Part shown: in pieces, positions 34,101 through 46,284 of the stretch
How the letters are laid out: each line of letters opens with the position of its first letter
How positions within the stretch are numbered: the first letter of the stretch is position 1
Source of the DNA: Squalus acanthias
Taxonomy: Eukaryota
Direction of reading: 5' to 3'
Length of the DNA: 64,000 bases
Assembly: GCA_030390025.1 (NCBI GenBank)
Contig: CM059432.1
Span: 66,652,001 to 66,716,000, forward strand
The notes under the pieces: model-generated
The model's input: the letters and a program-made list of their open reading frames with translations, nothing else
Database searches by the model: none
Told to the model about the DNA's origin: nothing
Program-made: the position numbers and the translations under genes

Positions 34101-36589
34101 GAAAAACAGAAAGGTAGAGTATTATTTAAATGGTGATAGATTGGGAAATGTTGATGTAAAAGGGACCTGGGTGTCCTTGTACACCAGTCACTGAAAGCAA
34201 ACATGCAGGTGCAGCAAGCAGTTGGGAAGGCAAATGGTATGTTGGCCTTCATTGCAAGAGGATTTGTGTACAGGAGCAAGGATGTCTTACTACAGTTATA
34301 TAGGACCTTGGTGAGACCACAACTGGAGTTTTGGTCTCCTTACCTAAGAAAGGATATACTTGCCATAGAGGGAGTGCTGCGAAGGTTCACCAGATGATTC
34401 CTGGGATGGCAGGACTGTCGTATGAGGAGAGATTGGGTCGACTAGGCCTGTATTCACTAGAGTTTAGAAGAATGAGAGGGGATCTCATTGAAATGTATAA
34501 AATTCTGACAGGGCTAGACAGACTGGATGCAGGGAGGATGTTTTCCCTGGCTGGGGGGTCTAGAACGAGGGGTCACAGTCTCAGGATACAGGGTAGGACA
34601 TTTAGGACTGAGATGAGGAGAAATTTCTTCACTCAGAGGGTGGTGAACCTGTGGAATTCTCTACCACAGAAGGTTGTGGAGGCCAAGTCACTGAATATAT
34701 TTAAGAAGGAGATAGATAGATTTCTAGACACAAAGGCATCAAGGGGTATTGGGGAGAGAGCGGGAATATGGTATTGAGATAGAGGATCAGCCATGATCAT
34801 ATTGAATGGCGAGCAGGCTCAAAGGGCTGAATGGCCTACTCCTGCTCCTATTTTTCTATGTTTTTTCTATGTTTCTATCAACTGCACCACTAGCCTGCTC
34901 AATCCACCACACCACTATCATTCACCTATCAACAATCTCTATCAATCAGGACTCATAGCTAAAATTCATAGCTTCACCTCACCCTCACACACTTAGTACT
35001 GCTGCAAGCCTCACACCCACATCAAACAGCTCGCACCACTGCCAGCTATTCAACCGTGACAGCCACATCACCCAAACATATTGCACCACACTCACTGACA
35101 CACTTCCCTCTCTCTTGCCAGACAAGGTGGTGCACAACTGGAGGCAGCAGGACCTAACCGGCAGGGGACAGGCACGCCTGCATGTCCTTATGTCCATGCA
35201 GGAGACGGTGCTTGCCACCATTAGAATGGCCATTGCTGAGGCCGTGGCCAGCAACATGGCTGAATCCATAGAAGATGACGTAATTCTCATACCTAATCCT
35301 CCTTCTCACATCCCACTCCCCCCTCATCCCATAATATCTTCTGATTTACAAGCTGCAGATGGTGTAAGCATGCACCTCTTGCTTTCCCCCCTCCCATCAC
35401 CACAACCTTACCCTTGTGCCACTGTCCTTTCAGATACCCAAGAGCTTCAACCTGGCCAGGCAGTGGTGGAATAGCAACAGGTGGAAGAGCAACAAGACAG
35501 TGATGATGAAGAAACACTGTCACTCGATTTCACACTTGCCCAGCTCAGATACTAACGCTGCGCATAATTTAGAGGCGGGATCTGCATGTGGTGCGACACC
35601 GGACATGAGTGGCCTGCAGCCAGGGCAGGGGGAACGATAGCGCAGGTGCCAACTCGCCAGAGGGTGAGGTCGCACACAAGTTCTGCTGCAGAGGGCTCAG
35701 ATGAGCATGTCGATGAGGCCGATGGATAAGCACAATGAAATGCTTGGTGCATTGGGAATCCTGCCAGAAAGCCTAAGTGTAATGTCAAGGAGCATGGAGG
35801 AGTCCAGTACCAACTTGGCACAGGGCTTTACGCAGAGCTTGGAGCCCATCCTTTCCAGCAAAGCAAGGAAGTGGTGGCTAACACCATTTGCACACTTGCG
35901 GAGCCAACCATGATACAGCTTCTAATGGCCGATGTTTCCGCTTCCATTGCAGCACAAGCAGCAGCCACCCAACATCTGAGTGATGCAGTGGAAGCTCAGA
36001 CTGCTGCCATCATGGCTGTGGATTCCAGTGTTGAAAGGGCCTGCAGGGTGTCATGGCAGTCCAGCAATCTATCCTCCAACAGATTACTTGGATTGCTGAG
36101 GCACCGCCCCGGGGGAGTGGCAGTGGCTCAATGGAGCACAAACCTGCTGTCCTCTCTCAGGATGATTGCATTCGTCCTGCCACTCCGCCAGTGCCCTTGC
36201 TTTCCCAGGCCGAGATGGAGCAGTCCACAGCCGGGCCTTCTAGGCCCAGAGCTGCTCGAAGTTCTCCTCCAAGGCCATCTGCAGTCTCCCTGCTGAAAGT
36301 CAGTAGTCTTTCACCAACCATGCTGCAGCCACTGGAGTAGCACTGTGTATGAGCACTAGGACAGACAAAGGCACATGGACGACAGGTACTAAGGGAATGC
36401 ACAAGGGTGATTAGTTTACGTTTGTATGAAATATGACATGATTTAATTCATAAATTTGGTTTGGAATGTTTAATTTATGTTGGTTTTTATTTTTGCATTG
36501 TGGCCAATTGGACGCTGCGATGGTCAGTGACAGAGGGAAGGTAAGGCATGGGACTATTGGTGAATGGGAATTGGGGTTGTGTTTACGGG

Positions 36590-37735
36590 TATCGCGCTCA
36601 GCCTGAGTTCTTCACGACAGCCAGGCCAGAAAGGTGCCTCCTCCATTCTCGTCCTCCTCTTCCTCCTGCTCCTGCTCTTGCTCCTCCTCCTGTTCCTCAA
36701 TTGGTCGCCATATAGCTGGTGGCAAGGGCTGTGCCCTCATGATAGTGAGGTTGTGCAGCATGCAGCAGACCACCATGAACCTTGACAGCTGCACTGCTGC
36801 GTACTGCAGGGCTCCTCCAGAGCGGTCCATGTAGATGAAGCATTGTTTCAGCATGCCAGTGGTCTGCTCTATCACATTTTGTGTAGCAGCATAGCTTTCA
36901 TTGTACACATGCTGCCCATGTGTGCATGGGTTGTGCACCGGAGTCATGAGCCACGTCGTCAGCAGATAGCCTTTGTTGCCCAGTAGCCACTCTTTGTTTG
37001 GCATCGTGGCTCAGGTACAGATGGCACATCAAATTGCCGCAGAATGAATGAATCATGACTGCTGCTAGGATACTGAGCTTTTCACCTGCATGATTTGCTG
37101 CCTATGGTCACACACCAGCTGGACGTTGAGCGAGTGGCATCCCTTTCGGTTGCTGTACATCTCAGAGTTTACATGCAGTGCCCGTAAAGCGACATGCGTG
37201 CAGTCAATGGTGCCCTGCACAATGGAGAAGCCTGCAATTCTTGCGAAGCCATGTGCTCACTCCGCCTGCTGCTCTCTGGCAAAAGAGAATGAAATGTAGA
37301 TAACTCTCTGAATACAGAGCCTCCGTGATCTCCCTTATGCAACAGTGGATGGCAAACTGCGAGATATTGCAAATAACTCCAGCTCCATTTTGGAAGGAGC
37401 CCGACACACAAAAGTTCATGGCCACGGTCACCTTCACAACCACTGGCAATGTGGTCCCTGCCCTGCTCTGAGGTTGCAGTTGTGGCTGCAGCAGGTGGCA
37501 GATTTCATTGAAGACGTCCTTACTGAAGCACAGACATCTGACACACTGTTCCTTGCTGAGGTTCAGTTGGGAGAATTACTCCCTTAACACCTGAGACAAT
37601 ATGGCCTCCTGCTGAGAGCCCTTATCCCCCTCCTTCTCTTCCCTCTTCCAGGAGCTTGTCGTTCTCTGCATGCCTTCTGCTCATTCTCCAAGTCATGCTG
37701 TATTCCAAGGGGAATTCCTACTATTACACCCAAGC
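36590..37735 (-). pseudogene. Harbinger (HARBI1-like, DDE_Tnp_4) transposase, frameshifted
   Basis: SGSFQ..ISQFAIHCCIREITEAL, QGTIDCTHV, NRKG.HSLNVQLVCD, SHDSFIL, WLLGNKGY, VIEQTTGMLKQCF, CCMLHN, acidic tail. Confidence 0.92.
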
Positions 37736-38022
37736 CTGTCAGGAAGTGGTTTGTGCAGAAACCTTGAAGTCAGGAAAAAGTCCTTCAGCACCTGCCATAC
37801 CACTCCCTGTAGACTTTAGCAACTTTAAACAACTATAAAAAGCACCAAACACTTGTAGAATCATATCCACAGCCAGTAGAAATCAATCAGTAACTAATCT
37901 ACAAGTAGGTGATGATCCCTTTAAATAGTGGTCATGATGCGGAGATGCCGGTGTTGGACTGGGGTGGACAAAAATGAGAAGTCGCACAACACCAGGTTAT
38001 AGTCCAACAGATTTATTTAAAA

Positions 38023-38060
38023 TTACAAGCTTTCGGAGCTGTTGCCCCTTCGTCAGGTAA
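38023..38060 (-). ncRNA. Minimal type-I hammerhead ribozyme motif
   Basis: UUAC-CUGACGA-A-GGGGC(AACA)GCUCC-GAAA-GC-UU-GUAA. Confidence 0.78.
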
Positions 38061-38070
38061 AGTTGTAACT

Positions 38071-38108
38071 TTACCTGATGAAGGGGCAACAGCTCCGAAA
38101 GCTTGTAA
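38071..38108 (+). ncRNA. Minimal type-I hammerhead ribozyme motif
   Basis: UUAC-CUGAUGA-A-GGGGC(AACA)GCUCC-GAAA-GC-UU-GUAA. Confidence 0.78.
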
Positions 38109-39375
38109 TTTTAAATAAATCTGTTGGACTATAACCTGGTGTTGTGCGACTTCCCTTTAAATAGCATTAGTGGGGAGTCCTTCCTGCTGCTGAATGTGTG
38201 TTCAGCTGTGCAAGCTTAAGAGAGGGCGTTAGCTGAAACTTTGAGCTCCAAAATGGCAGCGCTGACATCAAATCAGCTTTGCACACTGATTGACGTTATG
38301 ATCTGCCTACTCTGCATATTTCCAGCGAACGCTCACTGCACTAACACCCTCACCAATGTGGCTTCCGGTGCGACTCTCACCAGAAGTGTGCACGTGCGCT
38401 GTGGATGCCATTTTGGACCACTAAGGGCACCCATACTGCCAAAAAAACTACGGATCCGAATTTTGTGCCCAATGTTTCAGATGTACTTCCTCTTTAAAAC
38501 CAAAAAAAAATAGCGGATAGGCATATTGAAGCAACCAGGAAATGTGAAGGGGGCAATATTTATAAAAACACAGACAAACCCATGAGGGATCATGAGTGGA
38601 ATGATGTACCACAGTCAAGTAGTGGAGAGAAATATTAAGATATTAAAGAGATAAAGGTGCCAATTTTAACTAACCAAAATCATAGTTAACAGGGTGGTAA
38701 TGACCTCAAAATGGGGTTGGTAGACTTGCCACCCCATTAACCCAGCCACCATTTGTAATGGGGCCTTCCAATAGCCAGTCGGAGTCCATTTACTTTGCAC
38801 ATCAGCTCCTGTGAATTTAGTTAGAACCCTGATTGTAATTTTAAGGTACACATGGGCGGAAAGTGGGCCCCATATGGCCTGTCCATGTATTCCGGCATTC
38901 AGTGGCCTAACCAGATCTTCCCACTTAAAGGCAACTTTTTTGGCTGCTGCAAAAATGGCCCCCAAACTTTTGCCAAGTTATATTTCTGTGGAGCCAGGTT
39001 AATCAGGTGTGCTCATCCTGGCCCAATAAAAATTCTGTGGGGTGCTGCCAACCTGGGCTTTCTCCCCTTCGCTTTGCCTCACTGTCCCAAGACCTACCTG
39101 CGGTCCGCCATGGCGTCTGAGCTGCCCGATATTTTGATGGCGTAAAGCCAACCAGCTGCAGTGGAAAGTCCCTTCAGTTTCCCAGGCTGCTGGCAGGAAC
39201 AGGAGGCCGGCCAGCACTCTTTGCCAGTTGACCACCCAAAAGTTACAATCTGCCCCAAAAGGTGTGTAAATAACCAAGGAAGTGGGAGGGTCCGGTGAAC
39301 AGCATTAGAAAGGAGAGATGGAAAACCTGAGGGGGGTCAGAGATGGAATTAAAACAGGTTTGAAAATGAGGACAC

Positions 39376-40131
39376 GGGGGTAATTTTAACCCCCAAAAAT
39401 GGGTGACTTGGGGTTGGGTGAGATGTTAAAATTTTTAAATCTCAAACCCGACCCCAACCCGCCCAGTTCCAGGTTTAACGGAGGCGGGGCAGGGGGCGGG
39501 CAGCCAACCCGTTCCCAGGAGGTGCGCTAGCCATTTAAATATTATAATGAGGCTGGGAGCCTCACATTTTACCTGCTTTACAGGTTTAACCCTGGCTGGC
39601 TGGGTTTTCCAGGCCTCGGGAAACCCAGCACCTGAAGGAAGGCGAGGACAACTTTGAGGAAAAGGTACGTGTCTTTACAGCACTGCTTGTGGGCCAGGAG
39701 GCACAGGACTGCTCCCCCCCGCCCCACCCACCCCCCCGGCCCCCCATATGTACCTGCTTCCCTGGGATCGGACACCCTGACCCATCCAAAGACCTCACCC
39801 CCCAGGATCGAGAATTGGGTCCCCCTGGGGTCAGGATTCGAGCTCTGCTCCCCCCCACCCACTCCCCCATCACCCTGGGATTGGACTCCCCCCTACCCCA
39901 GGTGTCAGGGATCAGATCCCCCCCCCCGGTAGAAGCTGCAGGCTTCTTACCCAGGGCTGCGGCCTGCTCCGGAGTGCTCCCTGCCCGACTGGAAGCCAAC
40001 CTTGTCGATCAGGCTGACTTCCGGGCTGGGGTCCTGTTTTAAAAAGAAAGTCGCATGCGGTGGACTTTTGGTTTCTTGACTGAAACTCTGCCCCCCTGCT
40101 TACCAAATCTGCCCATGTCAATTTCAGGGCC
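39376..40131. mobile_element. Probable Harbinger-type MITE
   Basis: GGGGGTAATTTTAAC ... GTCAATTTCAGGGCC ends and a GC-rich interior; TSD unclear. Confidence 0.5.
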
Positions 40132-42190
40132 ATAGCTACTAAAGTCTGAAGTTACTGAAGTCAATGGGTCAGAGGGTTGCAGGGTGCCGAGGAGAAATAC
40201 GAGATATTCTAACAATATCTTTGAACACTTCCCACAGCTGAACCTCCAGGGCTTCATCACTGGAGACCCAATTTTTACCCATGTTTCTTCCATTTATTGT
40301 TGCATGGAATGAAACTAAATGCTGGTCTGATGTAAATAAAAAATCTCCCCTTCAAGAACAAGCATTCACATTTTAAATTCAGATGGTGTAACTGTCAGTT
40401 TACAGGTCTGACTCATGCACAGGGAGCCTAGGTAAATGAAGGGCAGACCTTACATTGCAAGACGCTCCACTACTTGCACAGATATGCCTGCACCACAGAT
40501 GTGTGTAGCCGTACTTTTTATAGAATCACAAAATCAGGATTATTCTCTGAATTAAATCCAATCAATCAGTTTGTCAGCAAAGTCCAGCTTCCACATCTGT
40601 GTAATGTCTCTCAGACAACTTACATAGCAGATTTAGAGGCACAGGCCCAAGGTGTTCCTTCTGTTTACCACCTGTTTTGTGGCAAACTCAGGGCAGACTG
40701 TGGAAGGAAAAGACTGGGAGGCCTGGTGCCAAATTCCCTCCCAGTCAAAAACCCAATTAAAATTTTCCTCCACCCGAGATGGGATTATGGCACAACATCC
40801 GCCATAATCCCATGCACCATACACAAATGGATTTAAATAAGTTACTGGTTTCAATCGTTGAATTTTTCTCCACTACCGACTGTGATACATCTCAAAAAAT
40901 CATTGACTGTATGAAAGCGGCATTAGGTGGAAATACTGTTATAGGCCACTTTGTTAGGATGGTGTACTTGGTCAAAGTTTGCTGTTAATGAGTGGGTTTT
41001 TTTGGGGCTTTTTTTTTATCTCCAGTTTTCTAAAAGCTTCAGCAGTGCTGCTGGTGCTGGAAAGAGTTTTTTGAACCTTCAGGCACAGGACGCAATGGTT
41101 CTTCCATTAAGAAGTTCCTTGTACCTGTGGTATGAAGAGGACAAAAAGAAAGGTGAAGAAGGGCAGCAAAATAAGGAGGCAGCCATAGCCTTGATTCATC
41201 AAGAGGTTACCCAGGAGAACCCTTGCCGGCTGGCCAGACATCACAAGACACATCTTCACCTAACAAAATCCATGCCCACTGCCAAATCTGTCTTGCCATC
41301 ATGGACCCTCTTTGGCAGCTTTATCAAGTCATTAATTTTGTAAATGCATAGCACATCTCCACAACTGCAAGGCTCCCATATTGAAAACATTGTGCTCTTC
41401 CTTTTTGCAAGCATCCCCCCACTGTAATGTTTTGACCATTTTTCCATAGATTGAACTTGGTAAAAAGAGCTAATTTAAATATTGTGTTTTCAAACATGGT
41501 TTATTCATGCAGGTTAAAACAACGAAGAGCTGAGGCAATAGTTAAGATGCTAATGAGCTAGCATTGATTTTTGTTTTGTCATAGACAGTAGACAATTAAT
41601 TCATTAATGAGTCAAAACTAATCAGTAAACATCTTGTGCCCACTGTACTGGGGAGTTGCTAGTCTCACGAATCATTGAGGCCCAGAAAAAGGCAGTGAGA
41701 TGGATACAATGCAAAGTGAGTTAGATAATTGACAAATGAAGTTCAACACCAATAAATGTGAGGTATTACATTTTGGCACGAAGAATAGGGAGGTTACTTA
41801 TCACTTGGAGCATGCGAGTCTAGGTGGGGTAGAGGAACAAAGGGATCTCGGAGTACAAATACACAAATCACTGAAAGTTGCGCCACAGGTTAGCAAGGCC
41901 ATAAAAAAAGCAAACCAAGCACTAGGGTTTATTTCTAGAGGGATAGAATTGAAAAGTAGGGAAGTTATGCTAAACCTGTATCAAACCTTGGTTAGACCAC
42001 ACTTAGAGTATTGCGTGCAGTTCTGGTCATTATATTATAAAAAGGATATAGAGGCACTGGAGAGGGTGCAGAGAAGATTTACAAGGATGATATCAGAAAT
42101 GCGAGGGTATACCTATCAGGAAAGGATGAACAGGCTGGGTCTCTTTTCTCTTAAAAAAAGAAGGCTGTGGGGTGACCTAATAGAGGTCTT

Positions 42191-42414
42191 TGTGGCGGAT
42201 CGCCACCTAAAACAGGCATAATCCACTCTTCCGTCTGTGGACAAATTTCCAGCCCCTTCCCTTTAAGGCAGAAGGGGGTGGGGCCTCAGGTTTTACCCAG
42301 AGAATTCTGGGAGCAGCTTTCTCAGACATTTTGTTTTGCCATGCAGTGAATAAAAGCTTCTTGTTTTCCACATATGGATTCAGCCTCCATTCGTGTTTCG
42401 CGGCAGCCTCAACA
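42191..42414 (+). repeat. 5' LTR of Gypsy copy 2 (224 bp)
   Basis: TGT...ACA ends; direct repeat of 46285-46530. Confidence 0.96.
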
Positions 42415-42454
42415 TTGGTGACCCCGACGCTCAGAATGTATTCCGAGCACTGCA

Positions 42455-45400
42455 ATGGTGGACACGAACGCAGTTTCCGTGAAACTGCCGGAGTTTTGGG
42501 AAAACCAGCTCGAAGCCTGGTTTCTCCAAGCTGAATCTCGCTTCCGGCTGCGAAATATCACCACAGATGGGACGAAGTACGACTATCTCGTCACATCACT
42601 CAGTAGCGTCGCAGTTTCCAAGGTTTGGACAACGCTGCAGAACCCACCAGAGGAAGGCAAGTACGCACATCTCAGAACAGCGCTCCTTAAAAAATTTACG
42701 GCCTCGGCATAGCAGCGAAACTGCCACCTCCTCGACCTTCCAGGCCTCGGTGATGCCTCACCGTCAGACCTCCTCTCCCACATGCTCTCCCTCACCGACG
42801 AGAGCCCACCCGGATCCCTCTTCCGCACGCTGTTCATCCGCCAGCTCCCTCTCAGCATCCGCCCAGCGATCGTGGCGTCCGGCTTCACGAACCTGGAAGC
42901 CCTGGCCGATGAGGCCGACAAGCTGCTGTCCGCTCACTCCAGCCGCGACGTCACTCCGGACCTGGCAGCCAATGCCTGGGCGCGCCCCTCACCATCCAGC
43001 CCGCGGCCACAAGGGCCTGTCACCAGGCCCACGGGGCCTTCACGCCCCACTAACCCGGGCCACTGTTACTACCACGCACGGTTCGGCGCCAGGGCACAAC
43101 GGTGCACACCTCCTTGCTCTTTCAAGTCCGCCCCCGTTCCAGCCCCTGCGATGGCCGTGGCCCACGCGGGCTCCCTGCTGTTCGTCACGGATGACAAAAC
43201 CGGCCGCCGGTTCCTGTGCGACACTGGGGCTCAGCACAGCATCATCCCGGCCTCCTCCCTCAACATCCAAAAGGGCGAACGAGGACCGGCGCTGGCTGCT
43301 GCTAACGGCTCGGAAATCCGGACGTATGGCACCCGGACAGTCACCCTCGACCTCGCTGGTCACCGCTACCGATGGAGTTCATCACTGCCAAGGTGCTCTC
43401 CCCCCTCATCGGCGCAGATTTCCTGTGTGCCCACGGCTTACTGGTAGACATCCCTCGTCACCGCCTCGTGGACATGAACACCATGTCCCCCATCCTGGGA
43501 GCCATGGCCCCCCGTCAACCCGCCGACATGGCGTCACAGTGCCACGCCCGGGCCACGGATGACTACTCGGCACTCCTGGCCGCATTACCGGCCCTTACCA
43601 ATCCGACCTTCTCCGCGGAGGCCGCCAAACACGGGGTGGAACACTTCATCCCCACCACAGGCCCCCCAGTGTACGCCCACGCCCGCAGGCTGGACCCGGC
43701 CAAACTGGAGATCGCGCGGACCGAGTTTGCCACCATGGAACAGCTCGGCATCATCCGCCTCTCCAACAGTCCCTGGGCCTCCCCACTCCAAATCGCCCCC
43801 AAACCAGGCGGGGGTTGGCGCCCCTGCGGGGATTACCGCCGCCTCAGTGACGCCACCACCCCTGATCGGTACCCCGTGCCGCACATTCAGGACTTCTCGG
43901 CTAGACTGGCCGGCCGCTCAGTCTTTTCCAAGGTCGACCTGGTGCGCGGCTACCACCAAGTCTCCGTCCAGCCCGCGGACGTCCCCAAGACGGCCGTAAT
44001 CACCCCCTTCGGCCTGTTCAAGTTCCTGCGGATGCCCTTCGGCCTCAAAAACGCGGCACAGGCATTCCAACGGCTCATGGACTCGGTCCTTTGGGACCTG
44101 AAGTTCCTGTTCGTCTACCTGGACGACATCCTGGTAGCCAGTTCCTCCAAGCAGGAACACCTCGAACACCTTCGCATCCTGTTCGGGCGCCTCAGCGACC
44201 ACGGGCTCATTCTCAGCCCAACCAAATGCCAGTTCGGCCTGGACAAGATCGACTTCCTCGGCCACCACATCACCCATGCTGGGGCCATTCCCCTGCCCAC
44301 CAAGGTGCAGGCTATCCAACAATTTCCCCGCCCCACCACCATCAAAGGCCTCCAGGAGTTCCTCGGGACGGTGAATTTCTATAACCGCTTCATCCCCAAA
44401 GCGGCGTCCCTCATCAGCCCCCTGTATGAAGCCCTCCGGGGCAGGAGCGGCAAGATGGCGGTCGAATGGACGGCAGATACGTCCGCCGCCTTCGATTCCA
44501 CCAAGACCGCGCTTGCCAACGCCACCCTGCTCGTGCACCCACGGCCCAAGGCCAGGGTAGCGCTCACCACGGACGCCTCCGACCATGCGGTCGGCGCCGT
44601 GTATGAGCAGTGGGTCGACGGCGCCTGGCAACCACTTTCCTCCTTCAGCCGCCAACTACGCCCCCCGGAGGTCAAGTACAGCACCTTCGACCGCGAGCTC
44701 CTTGCGCTGTTCCTGGCGGTCCGCCATTTCCGGTTTTTGCTTGAGGGCCACCCCTTCACTGCGTTTGTCGACCACAAGCCCCTGACATTCGCAATGGCAA
44801 AGTCAACCGACCCCTGGTCCGCCAGGCAGCAGCACCAGCTCGCGGCAGTGTCCGAGTTCACCACGGACATCCAACACGTCTCCGGCCGAGACAATGTGGT
44901 AGCCGACTGCCTCTCCCGCTCTGCCATCCACGCCGCACACCTAGCAGTCGACTACGCTCAACTTGCAGCAGACCAGATCACCGACCCGGATCTGCTCTCC
45001 GCACCCACCAACCTACCAGGGCTACGCCTGGCTGACGTCGCCTGTGGCCCGACCGCAGTCACGGTCAAGTGCGACATATCCCTATGTCAACCTCGGCCCG
45101 TCGTCCCAGCGTCCTGGAGCCGCCGGATATTCGACATTCTCCACAACCTCTCCCACCCCGGTGCCCGCGCTTCCATTAAATTGGTAGCCAACCGCTTTGT
45201 CTGGCGCGGCCTTCGCAAGGATGTGCGTACTTGGGCCAACTCCTGCCTATCCTGCCAACGTGCCAAGGTACAGCAACACACGAAAGCACCCCTCGGAGTT
45301 TACCGTCCCCTCGCGGAGATTCGACCACATCCACGTGGACATCGTCGGGCCCCTGCCGCCGTCGCAAGGACACACGCACTTGCTGACCATCGTTGACCGT

Positions 45401-46264
45401 ACCACATGCTGGCCTGAGGCAATACCACTGACCTCTACCACCACCGCCGACATCGCCAGAGCCTTCGTCAGCACCTGGGTCGCACGGTTCGGCGTCCCCT
45501 CCGACATGACGTCGGACAGAGGTCCGCAATTTACCTCTGAACTCTGGACCGCCGTCGCACGCAATGTCGGGGTGACCATCCACCACACCACAGCGTACCA
45601 CCCCCAAGCCAACGGACTGTGTGAGCGGTTCCACAGATCCTTGAAGGCATCTCTTCGAGCCAGCCTCCAAGATGGCGCCTGGACTGACCGACTTCCGTGG
45701 GTCCTCCTTGGCCTGCGCACCGCGGTTAAAGAAGACCTCCATGCATCGGCAGCAGAGCTCGTGTACGGTCAGCCGCTGCGCGTACCCGGCAAGTTCCTGC
45801 CCACCGCCACGACACCCTGGTCAGCCAACCAGCAACGCCACAACTTCGCCTCACCGGCGTTGCAGTTCGCCCCGGTGCCCATTGCCCGACACGGCGAATC
45901 CACCTCACACGTCCCACTAAGCCTGCACCAGGCACGGTTTGTTTTCGTCCGGCACGACGCCCACAGCGGACCCCTTCAACCCCCGTACGACGGGCCCTAC
46001 AAGGTGCTACAGGCTGGGGACAAATTTTTCTCCCTGCAAGTGGGCGACAGGACCGAAAAAGTGTCGGTGGACCGACTCAAGCCAGCACACTCGGAGCCCG
46101 GGGAGCAGGTCCCTGTAGCTCGTCCACCTCCATGCGGCCGACCTGCCCTCAAGCCGGTTCACCCGGCTGCTCCACGCCCGGCCGTCCCACGTCCACCGGC
46201 GTCCTACAAGAGCCGCTCCGGCCGGCCCATCAGACCGCCGCACCGTCTTGTCCACACCTCCTAA
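42455..46264 (+). pseudogene. gag-pol: gag-pol polyprotein with one nonsense codon (42710) and two frameshifts (~43374, ~45295)
   Basis: ORFs at 42455, 42782 (FLCDTGA protease), 43372 (RT, RNase H) and 45197 (integrase). Confidence 0.95.
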
Positions 46265-46284
46265 GCGGATTCTGAGGGGAGCTG

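Larger units (their letters stand above)
23741..34876 (+). mobile_element. CR1-A: 5'-truncated CR1 (23741-24146 plus 33770-34876), split by CR1-B
   Basis: RT reading HGIGGN|ILAWIENWL is continuous across the insertion. 3' stem-loop and TTCTATG-type tail at 34790-34876. Confidence 0.9.
23475..36414 (+). pseudogene. Harbinger Myb/SANT-like gene: exon 1 23475-23709, further exons from ~35122 and ~35434; intron 1 holds the CR1 stack
   Basis: PRFYDAA..EALVEEVESRRDVLY...WMQCGKKFND..VVK|GTCAGT. Acceptor-like CTCTTGCCAG and GTCCTTTCAG. Intron sequence is continuous with the paralogs at 4010 and 62770. Confidence 0.7.
37929..38151. mobile_element. Hairpin-shaped Penelope-terminus mini-element with two hammerhead motifs
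   Basis: Near-perfect ~88-bp inverted arms (37978-38153) plus tail. 13-bp direct repeat TCCCTTTAAATAG at 37916-28 and 38152-64. Confidence 0.82.
23152..38470. mobile_element. Degraded autonomous-type PIF/Harbinger transposon (~4 kb net) with convergent Myb/SANT and transposase genes, inflated by nested insertions
   Basis: Both genes recognisable. Imperfect termini AGGAGCTCAATTCG / CGAATTTTGTGCCC with TSD AAC/AAT. Confidence 0.8.

Noticed and set aside
36590..37735. Domesticated HARBI1 gene
   Set aside because: Frameshifts, stops, the second catalytic Asp reading as Asn (LGNKGY), and transposon termini indicate a dead transposon.
38690..39256. Additional Harbinger-type MITE
   Set aside because: GC-rich with a plausible right end, but the left TIR and TSD are not convincing.
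43365..43385. Programmed gag/pol frameshift
   Set aside because: Copy 1 has the extra G that keeps RYRW-EFIT in frame, so this is a copy-specific deletion.
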